The notes under the pieces were generated by a model. It did not search any database, was not told the DNA's origin, and was given only the letters and a program-made list of their open reading frames with translations. From NCBI GenBank assembly GCA_900316995.1, contig ONEZ01000010.1:3712-67711 (forward strand): a stretch of DNA of 64,000 nt, in the 5' to 3' direction. Both the position numbers and the translations under genes were made by a program. Below, piece after piece: positions 7,737 to 18,297 of the stretch (positions are counted from its first letter, which is position 1; every line of letters starts with the position of its first letter). The DNA comes from an uncultured Bacteroidales bacterium. Lineage in GTDB: Bacteria; Bacteroidota; Bacteroidia; Bacteroidales; Paludibacteraceae.

Positions 7737-8836
7737 AGCATCACCTTTCCGTCTATGACTTCAAAAATTTTAAATTTCCTCCCCGATGCGCGCTCAAGCA
7801 GGGCATCGAGGTTAGTACGGTTTGTATCAGTTATGAAAATCTGCCCGAAACCTCCGCCCGATACTATCTTTATTATCTGCTCCACCCTTACTGCGTCAAG
7901 TTTGTCAAAAATATCATCAAGAAGCAGTATTGGCGTGCGCCCCATGATTTTTTTCAGGTACTCAAACTGGGCGAATTTGAGTGCTAAAAGGAATGTTTTA
8001 TTCTGTCCTTGAGAACCCACCTTTTTTATAAGGTAATCACCTAAAAGCATATCAAGATCATCCTTGTGAACTCCTTTGGTGGTATGCCCCACTATGAGGT
8101 CAACCTTGCGTGAGAGCGAGAGCTGTGACAGATAGTTACCTGACTCAAGCTGAGAACGGTATATTAGCCGCACACTCTCCTTATCTGTGGATATTAGTTT
8201 ATAGTAGCGGTTAAACACTTTGGCAAACTCCTCCACAAACTGGCGGCGCGCTTCATAAACCACATGTGCAGACTCTGCCATCTGAGCCTCACATACTTCA
8301 TACAGCGTAGGATCATCAGACTGCTGTTTCAGCATAGTGTCTCTCTGGGCATGCCACTTATTGTAGTTAAGCAGGTGATATAGGTAATCCTTACTATATT
8401 GTGATATTACTGAATCCAGAAAACGGCGGCGGTTGTCGCTCCACTCCGATATAAGATTACTATCCTGCGGCGACACTATAACTATAGGGATAAGCCCTAT
8501 ATGGTCCGCCAGACGCTGATACTCCTTACCGCAGTTCTTCACTGATTTGCGTCCACCTATCTTGTAAGCCATTTGTATGGAGACTGAGTCTCCCTCTGCA
8601 GGCCTGTCTGACTCAAACACGCCTTGCAGCATAAAGAATTGTTCACCGTGGCGCACATTCTGACTGTCAACCAGGCCACTGCGGCTCTTGGTGCATGCCA
8701 GATAATAAACTGCATCAAGAAGATTTGTCTTACCCACACCATTATTCCCTACAAAGCAGTTGATACCATTGCAAAATTCAAGATTAGCCTCTGCAATGTT
8801 CTTATAGTTCAATATGGAGATAGTACCAAGCGTCAT
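7733..8836 (-). CDS. recF: DNA replication and repair protein RecF
   Basis: It has the Walker A GNNGVGKTNLLDA, the SMC-like signature GSQGQNKT and the Walker B LLLDDIFDKLD. Confidence 0.95.
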   Translation of the reverse strand: MTLGTISILNYKNIAEANLEFCNGINCFVGNNGVGKTNLLDAVYYLACTKSRSGLVDSQNVRHGEQFFMLQGVFESDRPAEGDSVSIQMAYKIGGRKSVKNCGKEYQRLADHIGLIPIVIVSPQDSNLISEWSDNRRRFLDSVISQYSKDYLYHLLNYNKWHAQRDTMLKQQSDDPTLYEVCEAQMAESAHVVYEARRQFVEEFAKVFNRYYKLISTDKESVRLIYRSQLESGNYLSQLSLSRKVDLIVGHTTKGVHKDDLDMLLGDYLIKKVGSQGQNKTFLLALKFAQFEYLKKIMGRTPILLLDDIFDKLDAVRVEQIIKIVSGGGFGQIFITDTNRTNLDALLERASGRKFKIFEVIDGKVML

Positions 8837-8995
8837 AATTAGCTACAAAGATACAATTTTTACAAAAAACTTGAATGTTTTTTGGCAATTTAACTATTTT
8901 GCTGTAATTTTGCACCCAGTTTTGACGCAATCTCTGATGGAGCATTGGAATCCATTACATTGCGCGTTAAGTCAAACCAAATAAAAAACATAGAA

Positions 8996-9349
8996 ATGGA
9001 CTTGATTAAAGTTGCCCAAGAGGCATTTGCTACAGGCAAAGAGGGTTCCCTTCCTCAGTTCAAGAGCGGTGACACCGTTACCGTATCTTACAAGATTAAA
9101 GAGGGAAACAAGGAGCGTATCCAGCAGTATCGTGGTGTGGTAATTAAAATCACCGGCCACGGCGATACAAAGCGTTTCACAGTTAGAAAAATGTCAGAAG
9201 GTGTTGGCGTAGAGCGTATCTTCCCATTCAACTCACCATTCATTGAGAAGGTTGAAGTTAACAAGATTGGCAAGGTTCGCCGTGCAAAACTCTATTATCT
9301 GCGTGACCTTACTGGTAAAAAAGCTCGTATTAAAGAGAAAGGAATCTAA
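8996..9349 (+). CDS. rplS: 50S ribosomal protein L19
   Basis: [29 protein letters not shown]...[13 protein letters not shown] is canonical bL19. I used the internal ATG at 8996 (117 aa) rather than the track start at 8945. Confidence 0.93.
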   Translation: MDLIKVAQEAFATGKEGSLPQFKSGDTVTVSYKIKEGNKERIQQYRGVVIKITGHGDTKRFTVRKMSEGVGVERIFPFNSPFIEKVEVNKIGKVRRAKLYYLRDLTGKKARIKEKGI

Positions 9350-9371
9350 CAAAACAAAACATTATACTGAA

Positions 9372-9399
9372 AGGCCGGCTTTTTTAGCCGGTCTTTTTG
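9372..9399 (+). terminator. Rho-independent terminator after rplS
   Basis: The hairpin ggccggct-ttttt-agccggtc is followed by TTTTTGTTTT. Confidence 0.7.
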
Positions 9400-9443
9400 T
9401 TTTATTACAAAAATATTACTAACTTTGCGTACGATTTACCATT

Positions 9444-9716
9444 ATGGTCTTGACAGAAAAGATAAAGGAGCTCTTAATGCTCTTGGAATACAAGAGTGAC
9501 CAGGTTACAAAACTGGAGCAGGAACTGGAGTTCACTAAAGCGGATTTGAGAAAGGCCAATGCGGAAAATGTTGAATTGCAACGCAAGTATGACAATCTGA
9601 AAATAGCAAGTGGAACGCTATCCCTTTCAGGCGGTGATGTGAGAGAGGCAAAACGTAAGATTACCGATATTATGAACAGGATAGATGTGTGTATTGACAA
9701 GCTAAGCAGGCAATAG
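9444..9716 (+). CDS. Small coiled-coil protein (ZapB-like, hypothetical), upstream of zapA
   Basis: This 90-aa ORF is heptad-rich (KLEQELEFTKADLRKANAENVELQRKYDNLK). A TAACTTTG box lies at 9420-9427. Confidence 0.55.
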   Translation: MVLTEKIKELLMLLEYKSDQVTKLEQELEFTKADLRKANAENVELQRKYDNLKIASGTLSLSGGDVREAKRKITDIMNRIDVCIDKLSRQ

Positions 9717-9726
9717 AGTTAAACAA

Positions 9727-10008
9727 ATGGGGAAACCTGGAAGTAAAAGAAAAATAACCGTAAAGGTCTCAAAACACGTAATCCCCATAAACATTGAGCC
9801 TGAGGAAGAGGAGTTTTACAGAGCGGCGGAAACTGCGCTGAGGATAAGAATAAACGAATTAGCTAGCGCATTTGTTCGCCCGGAAGACCAAGACATTATA
9901 CTGGCAGCCATAGCATACGAACTAATGCTTGAAAAGAAAAAGTATGAGAAAGAGGCTGACCAAGTGGGCAAGGAGATTGACAGAGTGTTGTCAAAACTTG
10001 ACATGTAG
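9727..10008 (+). CDS. zapA: Cell division protein ZapA-like
   Basis: The 93-aa ORF has a ZapA-like pattern (ITVKV....IPINIEPEEEEFYRAAE...) and the conserved position just upstream of rny seen in Bacteroidetes. Confidence 0.65.
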   Translation: MGKPGSKRKITVKVSKHVIPINIEPEEEEFYRAAETALRIRINELASAFVRPEDQDIILAAIAYELMLEKKKYEKEADQVGKEIDRVLSKLDM

Positions 10009-10099
10009 GGGAAAAATGCAATTCTGACATACCGTAGATGTGGTATTGATGAGTCGCATTTATTTTTTCACTTAAAATCATACAAATCAAAATTTTATT

Positions 10100-11644
10100 A
10101 TGAACACTACTCTTATAATAATATTGATTGTCGCAGCCTTTGTAGCTGGTAGCGGCATTGCAATAGGGCTTTTCTTCCTCATACAAGGAAAGAAGGCAAA
10201 GGGAATTATTGAGACTGCCAACATTGAGGCTGAGGCCATCAAGAAGGCAAAAATGCTTGAAGTCAAGGAGAAATATCTGCAGTTGAAAAACGAGTTTGAA
10301 AAACAGGCCAACGCCCGTAATGCCAAAATGAAACAGGCCGAGACCAAGATTGTGCAAAAAGAGAAACAGCTTGCACAGCAGGAGGAGGCAATTGTAAAGA
10401 AAGAGGGTGAGATAGAGCAGATGAAAGCAAACTATGAAGCCCAGCTTGACATCGCGGAGAAAAAGGATCAGGAGCTTAACCGTTTGCATCAGCAGGCCAT
10501 TGACAAGTTGGAGTCAATAGCCGGAATGTCTGCTGAAGAAGCCAAGAACAACATGATTGAATCTCTCAAAGCTGAAGCAGACACCGCTGCCATTGCCTAT
10601 ACAAATGAGATTATGGAAGAGGCAAGGATGAACGGAAATAAGGAGGCAAAGAAAATCATCATACAATCAATACAGAGAGTGGCAAGCGAGACTGCTATAG
10701 AGAACGCTGTTACCGTATTCCAGATTGAGAATGATGAAATGAAGGGCCGTATCATTGGCCGTGAGGGACGTAACATCAGGGCTCTTGAAGCCGCCACAGG
10801 TGTGGAGATTGTGGTTGATGACACACCAGAAGCCATTGTACTCTCAGCATTTGACCCTATACGCCGTGAAATAGCCCGCCTGTCCCTGCACCAGTTAGTA
10901 CAGGACGGACGTATCCACCCTGCCCGTATTGAGGAGGTGGTAGCAAAAGTAACCAAACAGATAGAGGATGAGATTATAGAGATAGGCAAGCGCACCACTA
11001 TAGACCTTGGTATTCATGGGCTGCACCCTGAGCTGATACGACTTGTGGGAAAGATGAAATACCGCTCTTCATACGGCCAGAATTTGCTACAGCACTCACG
11101 TGAGACTGCAAACCTCTGTGCTGTGATGGCATCGGAGCTTGGTCTTAACCCTAAAAAAGCTCGTCGCGCCGGTTTATTGCATGATATAGGCAAGGTGGCG
11201 GAAGATGAGGATCAGGAGCTACCACACGCACTGCTTGGTATGAAGATTGCCCAGCGTTGCGGAGAGAAACCTGATATTTGCAACGCAATTGGCGCTCACC
11301 ATGAGGAGGTTGAAATGCAGTCTCTTATATCCCCTATTGTTCAAGCCTGCGATGCCATTTCAGGTGCACGTCCTGGAGCTCGCCGTGAGATTGTGGAGGC
11401 TTACATAAAGCGTCTTAATGACCTTGAGAACCTTGCCATGAGCTACCCAGGGGTGCAAAAAACCTACGCAATACAAGCTGGTCGTGAGCTGCGTGTAATT
11501 GTTGGTGCAGACAAGGTAAGCGATGCAGAGACAGAACGTCTCAGCGGTGAGATAGCCAAGAAGATACAGGATGAGATGACGTACCCAGGGCAGGTTAAGA
11601 TAACCGTTATAAGAGAGGTTCGCTCAGTTGCCGTAGCAAAATAA
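10100..11644 (+). CDS. rny: Ribonuclease Y
   Basis: It has an N-terminal TM helix, a long coiled coil, a KH domain ([15 protein letters not shown]) and an HD domain (LLHDIGK...HH). Confidence 0.96.
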   Translation: MNTTLIIILIVAAFVAGSGIAIGLFFLIQGKKAKGIIETANIEAEAIKKAKMLEVKEKYLQLKNEFEKQANARNAKMKQAETKIVQKEKQLAQQEEAIVKKEGEIEQMKANYEAQLDIAEKKDQELNRLHQQAIDKLESIAGMSAEEAKNNMIESLKAEADTAAIAYTNEIMEEARMNGNKEAKKIIIQSIQRVASETAIENAVTVFQIENDEMKGRIIGREGRNIRALEAATGVEIVVDDTPEAIVLSAFDPIRREIARLSLHQLVQDGRIHPARIEEVVAKVTKQIEDEIIEIGKRTTIDLGIHGLHPELIRLVGKMKYRSSYGQNLLQHSRETANLCAVMASELGLNPKKARRAGLLHDIGKVAEDEDQELPHALLGMKIAQRCGEKPDICNAIGAHHEEVEMQSLISPIVQACDAISGARPGARREIVEAYIKRLNDLENLAMSYPGVQKTYAIQAGRELRVIVGADKVSDAETERLSGEIAKKIQDEMTYPGQVKITVIREVRSVAVAK

Positions 11645-11708
11645 ATTTTTGATTTTTTCTTGTAAATTAAAAATAAGGCTGTATCTTTGCAGCCTTATTT
11701 TACACAAA

Positions 11709-12107
11709 GGGGCTGACTGGCTTTGACAGCGGGCAGAACCGGAATGTAAGCATGCAGAGCGTTGTAAGGGGGCTCTTTAATCTGAACTTTCAAACAATAT
11801 CTGGCGAAAATAACTTTGCTCTTGCTGCTTAATCGAATAATAGTAGATTAGCTTTATTCCGGCACAAGGTGCTGGATCAAGACATCTCCCAAACGCCCAA
11901 GTCACGAGGATGTTTGAACCAGGAGGTGCGGTAATATCGGGACTCGCCCTGAGTAGGCTTCTTACAAAGGGTTAAATTTTTAGAAGCTAAGGATACTCTC
12001 CAGTGGTCCGGGTCTTGGAGTATCACAAAAATTCAGGCCGGAATAAGCATGTAGAAAGCATTTTGTTTCCTCGTTTGGACGTGGGTTCAAGTCCCACCAG
12101 CTCCACA
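11709..12107 (+). ncRNA. ssrA: tmRNA (transfer-messenger RNA)
   Basis: The 5' GGGGCTGA pairs with the 3' ...GGACGTGGGTTCAAGTCCCACCAGCTCCA acceptor/T-arm. The internal tag ORF ggc gaa aat aac ttt gct ctt gct gct taa (11803-11832) encodes GENNFALAA*, the Bacteroidetes-type tag. A TATCTTTG box lies at 11682-11689. Confidence 0.93.
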
Positions 12108-12112
12108 AAAAA

Positions 12113-12149
12113 AGAGAACAATCTGATAAGATTGTTCTCTTTTTATTTT
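12113..12149 (+). terminator. Rho-independent terminator after ssrA
   Basis: The hairpin agagaacaatc-tgataa-gattgttctct (11-bp stem) is followed by a T-run. Confidence 0.8.
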
Positions 12150-12174
12150 CCCATTCCTCACCCAATGAGGAATA

Positions 12175-13095
12175 TCAATCCTTTATCATTTCACCAATTT
12201 TTTTGCGATAGGTTATACATAATGCAAGCGCAAAGCCAACAATAACAGACAAAATAACCAATTTCTTATATGTAAACAAAAAATGGTTGATAGGTATGCG
12301 ATTAATCATAAGCGGAGAAACCACTGTAATCACCGACGAGTCATATTCTAACGCATTAGCCTGATTCAATGAGAGTTCATTAAGCCTGACCACTTCTCGT
12401 GATATGGCAGCAGGATCTACCATTGAATAAACATCTCTGCCAGAAAGCACCACTCCCCCGCTTGAACCTCCTTTTACTCTTAACTCATCAAGTTTCTCCG
12501 CCTCACCTCTTGCAAGCTTTGAATTTGAATCCAAAGTTTTTGCTTTAGACTCAGCCTTTTTACTAAAGAATGAGTTCCTTGAGTAATACTTAACGAATCC
12601 TTCCTGTAAATGAGAAAACGCCATTGTATCATCAGTCATGACTTCAATAGCAAAACGGTTTGAAAGAGCAATACTCTCTTTGGGAGCATCGTCATTTATA
12701 TCTACATAGAATGAAGTGCGAAGAGTGTCTTTATAATATAACGCATGAGGAGCTATTGCCAATATATTTACAGCTTCATTTTCTGAGATATCAAGAGCTG
12801 ACGCCATATATTTTGGTGATGTATGGGCAAGCGGACGTATTGCGTTGATGAAATCGCTGCTATTCCCCACATTATTCTCATATATAACATACCCAGTGTA
12901 TTTTGGGAAAAAAGTTGAAATACAATAAGAGATAGCAAAACCTACAATGGCTGATAAAAGTATCACCCACCATTTTTTTATAGCAAACCTTGCCAAGAAC
13001 AATAAAGGCTTACATATATAAGACACAAACCACCCCCAACAGATTTTAATAAGGTCAATAAGATCAAGTTCTCTTTCTGTATTTTCAGTTTCCAT
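12175..13095 (-). CDS. Bitopic membrane protein with Wzz/chain-length-determinant-like topology (hypothetical)
   Basis: This 306-aa ORF has one TM helix near each end flanking a ~220-aa soluble region with a short coiled coil. I recognised no catalytic motif. Confidence 0.4.
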   Translation of the reverse strand: METENTERELDLIDLIKICWGWFVSYICKPLLFLARFAIKKWWVILLSAIVGFAISYCISTFFPKYTGYVIYENNVGNSSDFINAIRPLAHTSPKYMASALDISENEAVNILAIAPHALYYKDTLRTSFYVDINDDAPKESIALSNRFAIEVMTDDTMAFSHLQEGFVKYYSRNSFFSKKAESKAKTLDSNSKLARGEAEKLDELRVKGGSSGGVVLSGRDVYSMVDPAAISREVVRLNELSLNQANALEYDSSVITVVSPLMINRIPINHFLFTYKKLVILSVIVGFALALCITYRKKIGEMIKD

Positions 13096-13108
13096 ATTGA
13101 TAAATATA

Positions 13109-13969
13109 TTAATTTAATTTCAGTATCCGCCCTACTTTAGGCACTTCATTATAGTCCATACCGTTAAGGTCATATAATTTCAAAAGCTTTATACCATATT
13201 TCTGAGAAATGTCATGCATAGACTCCCCTCTCTCCACTGTATGAGTGTCAAACTGCTCACATTTGTCATTTTTTGCCTGAAGAAACACCACCTCGCCAAT
13301 GTAAGGCTGACGGTCACGGTTATCCACATCGTTGTAAACATAAATAAGACCGAACGGAATATGATACCGTTTGGCTATTGTGTGATATGTTTCACCTCGT
13401 TGGGCAAACACATGCTTTACATTCAGTGTGGAATCTTTAACAGGTTTCTGCTTTTTAGGATAGACCTTAGGTGTCATACTGTCATACTGATGCAAGTTAT
13501 GCTCTTCTATGAGGTTTATCAAAAGCTTAGGGTAACGAGGGTCTGTAGCGTAACCAGCCTGCTTTAGCCCCTTGGCCCAGCCTTTATAATCTGTACGGTC
13601 CAACTCAAAGAGGAACGAGTAACGAGCTCTGTTTTTAAGTATTTGAGAATGATCTATGTATGAATCTTCAGGATTATCATACTTACGGAAGCACTCATGG
13701 CGGGCGTCATCATCATGGCGCATTGTTGCACCTTTCCAGTCATTATGACATTTTATACCAAAATGATTATTTGCATATACAGCCAAGTCACTCTTCCCCA
13801 AGCCTGACTCTAAAATTCCCTGCGCCAGAGTTATACTGGCAGGAATGCCGTAGTCATACATTTCACGTATGGCAATATCCTTGTATAGAGCCACATAATC
13901 ATCATATTCGTCAGCCACTGATGCCAGAGATGAAACAAATGCGAAAAATATGAATAACGCTCTCTTCAT
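13109..13969 (-). CDS. Secreted glucosaminidase-domain peptidoglycan hydrolase with two LysM repeats
   Basis: It has a signal peptide, ITLAQGILESGLGKS...NNHFGIK (mannosyl-glycoprotein endo-beta-N-acetylglucosaminidase/FlgJ-like) and two C-terminal LysM-like repeats (GETYHTIAKRY.., GESMHDISQKYG..). Confidence 0.8.
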   Translation of the reverse strand: MKRALFIFFAFVSSLASVADEYDDYVALYKDIAIREMYDYGIPASITLAQGILESGLGKSDLAVYANNHFGIKCHNDWKGATMRHDDDARHECFRKYDNPEDSYIDHSQILKNRARYSFLFELDRTDYKGWAKGLKQAGYATDPRYPKLLINLIEEHNLHQYDSMTPKVYPKKQKPVKDSTLNVKHVFAQRGETYHTIAKRYHIPFGLIYVYNDVDNRDRQPYIGEVVFLQAKNDKCEQFDTHTVERGESMHDISQKYGIKLLKLYDLNGMDYNEVPKVGRILKLN

Positions 13970-14073
13970 TGTAATTTAGATATAGAGTACAAAGATAATA
14001 AAAACTTAATATCCGTCACTTGTACAGTGCCATAATTTTTGTATTTTTGTGGTTGTATATAAACATCCATAGC

Positions 14074-14529
14074 ATGATACTACCATATACAGGTTCCAAA
14101 GGTGAGTTTGACAAGCTGATACAGCAGGCCAAAAGCATGACACAAAACTCATACGCGCCATATTCCAAGTTTAGTGTGGGTGCGGCTGTTCTTCTATCAG
14201 ACGGCACTGTTATAACAGGTGCCAACCAAGAGAACGCCGCATACGGTGAGTGTGTGTGCGCTGAGAGAGTGGCTCTTCTTTATGCCATGGCAAACCACCC
14301 CGATGCCAAACCTGTAGCCATTGCAATAGCTGCAAAAACAAACGGAAGTTTCACCAGTGAATGTATAAAGCCCTGCGGCTCATGCCGCCAAGTAATGCTG
14401 GAGGCGGAGCATCGCTATGGCTCAGACATAAAGATAATAATGTACGGAGACAAAGAGATATACATCGCAGAAAGTGTTAAGGACTTAATGCCGCTCAGTT
14501 TTGGCTGCGGAATTCTAAGTGACAAATGA
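14074..14529 (+). CDS. cdd: Cytidine deaminase
   Basis: It has the zinc-binding motifs CAERVAL and PCGSCRQ. I used the ATG at 14074, with a TATTTTTG box at 14042-14049, instead of the track's TTG at 14020. Confidence 0.88.
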   Translation: MILPYTGSKGEFDKLIQQAKSMTQNSYAPYSKFSVGAAVLLSDGTVITGANQENAAYGECVCAERVALLYAMANHPDAKPVAIAIAAKTNGSFTSECIKPCGSCRQVMLEAEHRYGSDIKIIMYGDKEIYIAESVKDLMPLSFGCGILSDK

Positions 14530-16019
14530 TTCTTACAAAGATTCTACATAGATACATACTCAGGAACTTTTTAAGGACCTTCTTCATAACGTTCACAGTA
14601 AGTATTTTTGTGCTGGTGATGCAGTTTATGTTTCACTACGCAGATGACTTTATAGGTAAGGGAATGGGGCTTGGACCTATCGCAGAGCTGTTTTTTCATG
14701 CCGCACTTTCACTCGTACCACTTTCATTGCCGCTCTCAATACTGCTGGGCTCACTTATGACATTTGGAAATTTGGGTGAGAGGCTCGAGCTCTTGTCAAT
14801 GAAAGCAGCCGGTGTGTCACTGTTCAGAATCATGCTGCCTCTTATAATACTTGTGGGGGGAATATCTGTGGGCAGTTATTATTTTGCAGACAACGTGCTG
14901 CCTAAGGCACAAGTTAGAATGTGGACTCTGATATTCTCAGTAAGAGAAAAATCTTTAGAGCTTAACATTCCTGAAGGCTCATTCTACAGCGGAATAGAGG
15001 GAATCAACATATATGTACGTGAGAAAAAAGACGGAATGTTAAAGAACATAGTAATCTATGACTACTCACAAGGCTTTGAAAACACTCTTATTATTTTAGC
15101 TAATGAGGGCAAAATGGAGATGTCAAAAAACAAGACATACCTGCTGCTCACTCTCTATGACGGAGAGTCTTTTGAAAATCTGACAGAAGGAGGCGGGCCT
15201 CAGGACAAACGCCACAATGACAATGAAATAATTCCCTACCGCCGTGAAACATTCAGCAAAAAGGAGGTGATAATTGACTTTGACTCAAACTTTAATGAGA
15301 TGAGCTCGTCTTTCCTGGAAGGACAGTATGTGAGCAAGAACACAAAGCAGCTGCAACACTCAATTGATTCAATATCAGCTAAAGTTGACTCTGTAAAGCA
15401 GGCTAACGCTGTGAAGCAGGTAAACACAGCATATTTTGACAACAAGACTGGTTCCAAAAACGCCACCAAGATGGCAAGCAACGACGCCATAAAATACCGC
15501 GCAGAGTCACTTGACAAGATATATATACAGCTTGACTCCATACAGAAAATAAGAGTTCTTGAAAACGCCATGTCACGATGCAACACAGTGAGCAATGATA
15601 TCTCATACGATGCTGCAGTCACAGACTGGATGGACGGAGAGCTGCGACGCCATGCCATAGAGTGGCACAAAAAGTTCACATTAGCATTCGCCTGTTTCAT
15701 ATTCCTATTTATAGGCGCACCACTTGGTGCCATAATACGCAAAGGCGGTATGGGAATGCCAATAGTAATCTCCACAGTGATGTTCATAGTCTATTACATA
15801 ATAGACAACACAGGATATAAAATGGCGCGTGAAGGCCTATGGCCTGTATGGCAAGGAATGTGGCTTAGCGCGGAGATTCTGCTCCCGCTTGGCATTTTCC
15901 TAACATATCTGGCAGCCACTGACAATACATTTGTAAGTGGAGAGGCATATATCATGAAGATTAAAGAAATATTCAATAAAATAAAAACAAAATTCCATGT
16001 ACAAGCTAAACACAATTGA
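14526..16019 (+). CDS. LptF/LptG-family (YjgP/YjgQ) permease
   Basis: This 497-aa ORF has three N-terminal and three C-terminal TM helices around a large periplasmic domain. The N-terminal pattern ILxRYIxRxF is typical. Confidence 0.8.
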   Translation: MILTKILHRYILRNFLRTFFITFTVSIFVLVMQFMFHYADDFIGKGMGLGPIAELFFHAALSLVPLSLPLSILLGSLMTFGNLGERLELLSMKAAGVSLFRIMLPLIILVGGISVGSYYFADNVLPKAQVRMWTLIFSVREKSLELNIPEGSFYSGIEGINIYVREKKDGMLKNIVIYDYSQGFENTLIILANEGKMEMSKNKTYLLLTLYDGESFENLTEGGGPQDKRHNDNEIIPYRRETFSKKEVIIDFDSNFNEMSSSFLEGQYVSKNTKQLQHSIDSISAKVDSVKQANAVKQVNTAYFDNKTGSKNATKMASNDAIKYRAESLDKIYIQLDSIQKIRVLENAMSRCNTVSNDISYDAAVTDWMDGELRRHAIEWHKKFTLAFACFIFLFIGAPLGAIIRKGGMGMPIVISTVMFIVYYIIDNTGYKMAREGLWPVWQGMWLSAEILLPLGIFLTYLAATDNTFVSGEAYIMKIKEIFNKIKTKFHVQAKHN

Positions 16020-17199
16020 AGAGGCTATAGCTGACTTTAAAGAGGGTAAATTTCTTATTGTGGTTGATGATGAAGACCGTGAGAATGAAGGAGACTTCAT
16101 CACAGCCGCCCAAACCATAACCCCAGAGAAAATCAACTTCATGCTAAAGAACGGAAGAGGCGTGCTCTGCGCACCAATTACAGAGGAGAGATGCCTTGAA
16201 CTGGAGCTTAAGCGTCAGGTTGACAATAACACCTCCATACTTGGAACACCATTTACTGTTACAGTTGACAAAATAGAGGGCTGCACCACAGGAGTATCAG
16301 CAGCAGACCGTGCTGCAACCATACGTGCCCTTGCTGACCCAGCCTCCACCCCAGCCACATTCGGACGTCCGGGGCATATCAACCCGTTATACGCCAAGCA
16401 AAAGGGCGTGCTGCGCCGTCCTGGCCACACAGAAGCTGCAATTGACCTTGCCAGACTTTCAGGCCTCTACCCTGCCGCCGCACTTATTGAGATAATGAAC
16501 GAAGACGGCACCATGGCTCGTATGCCTGATTTGCAGAAAGTGGCGGAAAAGTTTGGCATCAAGATAATTACAATAAAAGACCTTATTGCGTACCGTATAA
16601 AAGAAGAGTCAATAGTAGAAAAAGGAGAGGAAGTACACCTGCCCACAAAATATGGTAACTTTATGCTAATACCGTTCCGCCAGAAATCTAACGGGCTGGA
16701 ACACATAGTTCTTAAAAAAGGGGAATGGGGAAAGGACGAGCCCATTCTTGTAAGAGTACACTCATCTTGCGCCACTGGCGATATATTCGGCTCCATGCGT
16801 TGTGAATGTGGCGAGCAGCTGCACAAGGCAATGGAGATGATTGAAAAAGAGGGCAAAGGTGTTATTGTGTATATGAACCAAGAGGGGCGCGGCATAGGGC
16901 TGATGAACAAAATTAGAGCCTATAAGCTTCAGGAAGAGGGACTTGACACTGTAGATGCTAATATACACTTGGGTTTTGACCCCGATGAAAGAGACTACGG
17001 CGTGGGGGCAAGCATACTGCGTGAGATTGGTGTAAGCCGTATGCGCCTGATAACAAACAACCCTGTAAAACGTGCCGGACTTGAGGGCTACGGCCTGCAA
17101 ATAGTGGAGAACATTCCTATTGAAGTGGGAATCAACCCGTACAATGAGCGCTATATGCGTACAAAGAAAGAGCGTATGGGACATAACTTGAAACTGTAG
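15997..17199 (+). CDS. ribBA: Bifunctional 3,4-dihydroxy-2-butanone-4-phosphate synthase / GTP cyclohydrolase II
   Basis: It has [10 protein letters not shown] (DHBP synthase) and the CxC zinc motif [10 protein letters not shown] with [11 protein letters not shown] (GCH II). Confidence 0.96.
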   Translation: MYKLNTIEEAIADFKEGKFLIVVDDEDRENEGDFITAAQTITPEKINFMLKNGRGVLCAPITEERCLELELKRQVDNNTSILGTPFTVTVDKIEGCTTGVSAADRAATIRALADPASTPATFGRPGHINPLYAKQKGVLRRPGHTEAAIDLARLSGLYPAAALIEIMNEDGTMARMPDLQKVAEKFGIKIITIKDLIAYRIKEESIVEKGEEVHLPTKYGNFMLIPFRQKSNGLEHIVLKKGEWGKDEPILVRVHSSCATGDIFGSMRCECGEQLHKAMEMIEKEGKGVIVYMNQEGRGIGLMNKIRAYKLQEEGLDTVDANIHLGFDPDERDYGVGASILREIGVSRMRLITNNPVKRAGLEGYGLQIVENIPIEVGINPYNERYMRTKKERMGHNLKL

Positions 17200-17238
17200 T
17201 TTCAAAGTAGTCCCATAATTTGCACGTAAATATGCTTT

Positions 17239-18258
17239 CTACCCGAAGATGATATTGACTTCTGGAATAAGTTCCACCCCAAACTTTTCACGGACACTGG
17301 CGCGAATGCTGTCTGACAGATTTATAATGTCAAGACCATTTGCACCACCTTTATTTATAAGGACAAGTGCTTGAGAGCCGTGAACCGCTACTGGTCCCAC
17401 ACTCTTGCCCTTCCAGCCGCACTGCTCAATAAGCCACCCTGCAGCAAGCTTCACATTTTTTTCTGATACAGGATATGAAGGAATATCAGGGTATGTGGAT
17501 TTGAGTTCATTGAATTTAGAGACTGGCACAACAGGGTTCATAAAGAAGCTGCCTGCATTGCCAAGCACCTTAGGTTCAGGAAGTTTGCGTCCTCTTATGG
17601 CAAGTACGGCACTACGCACAGCTGCAATATTCTGTTCAGGATATTTTGCAAACTCATCTTTAAGCGAACCATAGTTAACATTAGGCTCCCAACCCGTTTT
17701 CTGCAACTTAAAATGAACGTATGTCACTATGTACTTTCCTTTCAGACTACGCTTAAAAATACTGTCACGATACCCAAACTCACACTCCTTTGCCGTAAAT
17801 ATCTTCTCCATGCCAGTCTTTACATCGATGCACTCTACTGCGCATATAACATTTGCCGCCTCTGCTCCGTATGCTCCAATATTCTGAACCGGCGTGGCTC
17901 CAACTTCACCAGGAATGCCAGAGAGATTCTCCACTCCGCCATAGTTTTTTGAAACACAGTACTCTACAAAAGAGTCCCACGTCTCCCCCGCCCCTACTTT
18001 AAGCACAACTACGCTTCTTGTACCCTCAATGGCGTCAATGCCTTTTATTTTTGAATGAAGTATAACTCCTTCATAATCATTTATGAATAGCAGATTGCTG
18101 CCACCGCCTATATGAAAAAACTTATTCTCCTGTAGCAAATCACTCCTTAGCAGATACTGAAGTTCATCTACTGAATCATACTCAATAAAGTAGCGGGCGT
18201 TAACATCCACGCCAAACGTATTGTTATTTAAAAGGCTATAGTTTTCTATGGTTTTCAT
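17239..18258 (-). CDS. murB: UDP-N-acetylenolpyruvoylglucosamine reductase
   Basis: It has the FAD-binding GGGSNLLF and C-terminal AGWLIEQCGWKG motifs. I used the ATG at 18258 (MKTIENY). Confidence 0.93.
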   Translation of the reverse strand: MKTIENYSLLNNNTFGVDVNARYFIEYDSVDELQYLLRSDLLQENKFFHIGGGSNLLFINDYEGVILHSKIKGIDAIEGTRSVVVLKVGAGETWDSFVEYCVSKNYGGVENLSGIPGEVGATPVQNIGAYGAEAANVICAVECIDVKTGMEKIFTAKECEFGYRDSIFKRSLKGKYIVTYVHFKLQKTGWEPNVNYGSLKDEFAKYPEQNIAAVRSAVLAIRGRKLPEPKVLGNAGSFFMNPVVPVSKFNELKSTYPDIPSYPVSEKNVKLAAGWLIEQCGWKGKSVGPVAVHGSQALVLINKGGANGLDIINLSDSIRASVREKFGVELIPEVNIIFG

Positions 18259-18297
18259 AATCTGCAAAATTACCTTATTTTTACCAATTGCCACAAC

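Noticed and set aside
9896-10489. A 197-aa minus-strand ORF antisense to zapA and the rny 5' end.
   Set aside because: It is a Leu/Phe-rich low-complexity translation of the antisense of a Lys/Glu-rich coiled-coil region, which is a typical antisense artefact.
11980-12245. Track ORFs 11980-12165 (-) and 12003-12245 (+).
   Set aside because: They overlap the tmRNA and its terminator. There is no coding evidence.
11709-13100. The tmRNA gene as an integration site for a genomic island.
   Set aside because: I found no second copy of the ssrA 3' end and no integrase. The downstream genes (a membrane protein and a peptidoglycan hydrolase) look like ordinary chromosomal genes following a clean terminator.
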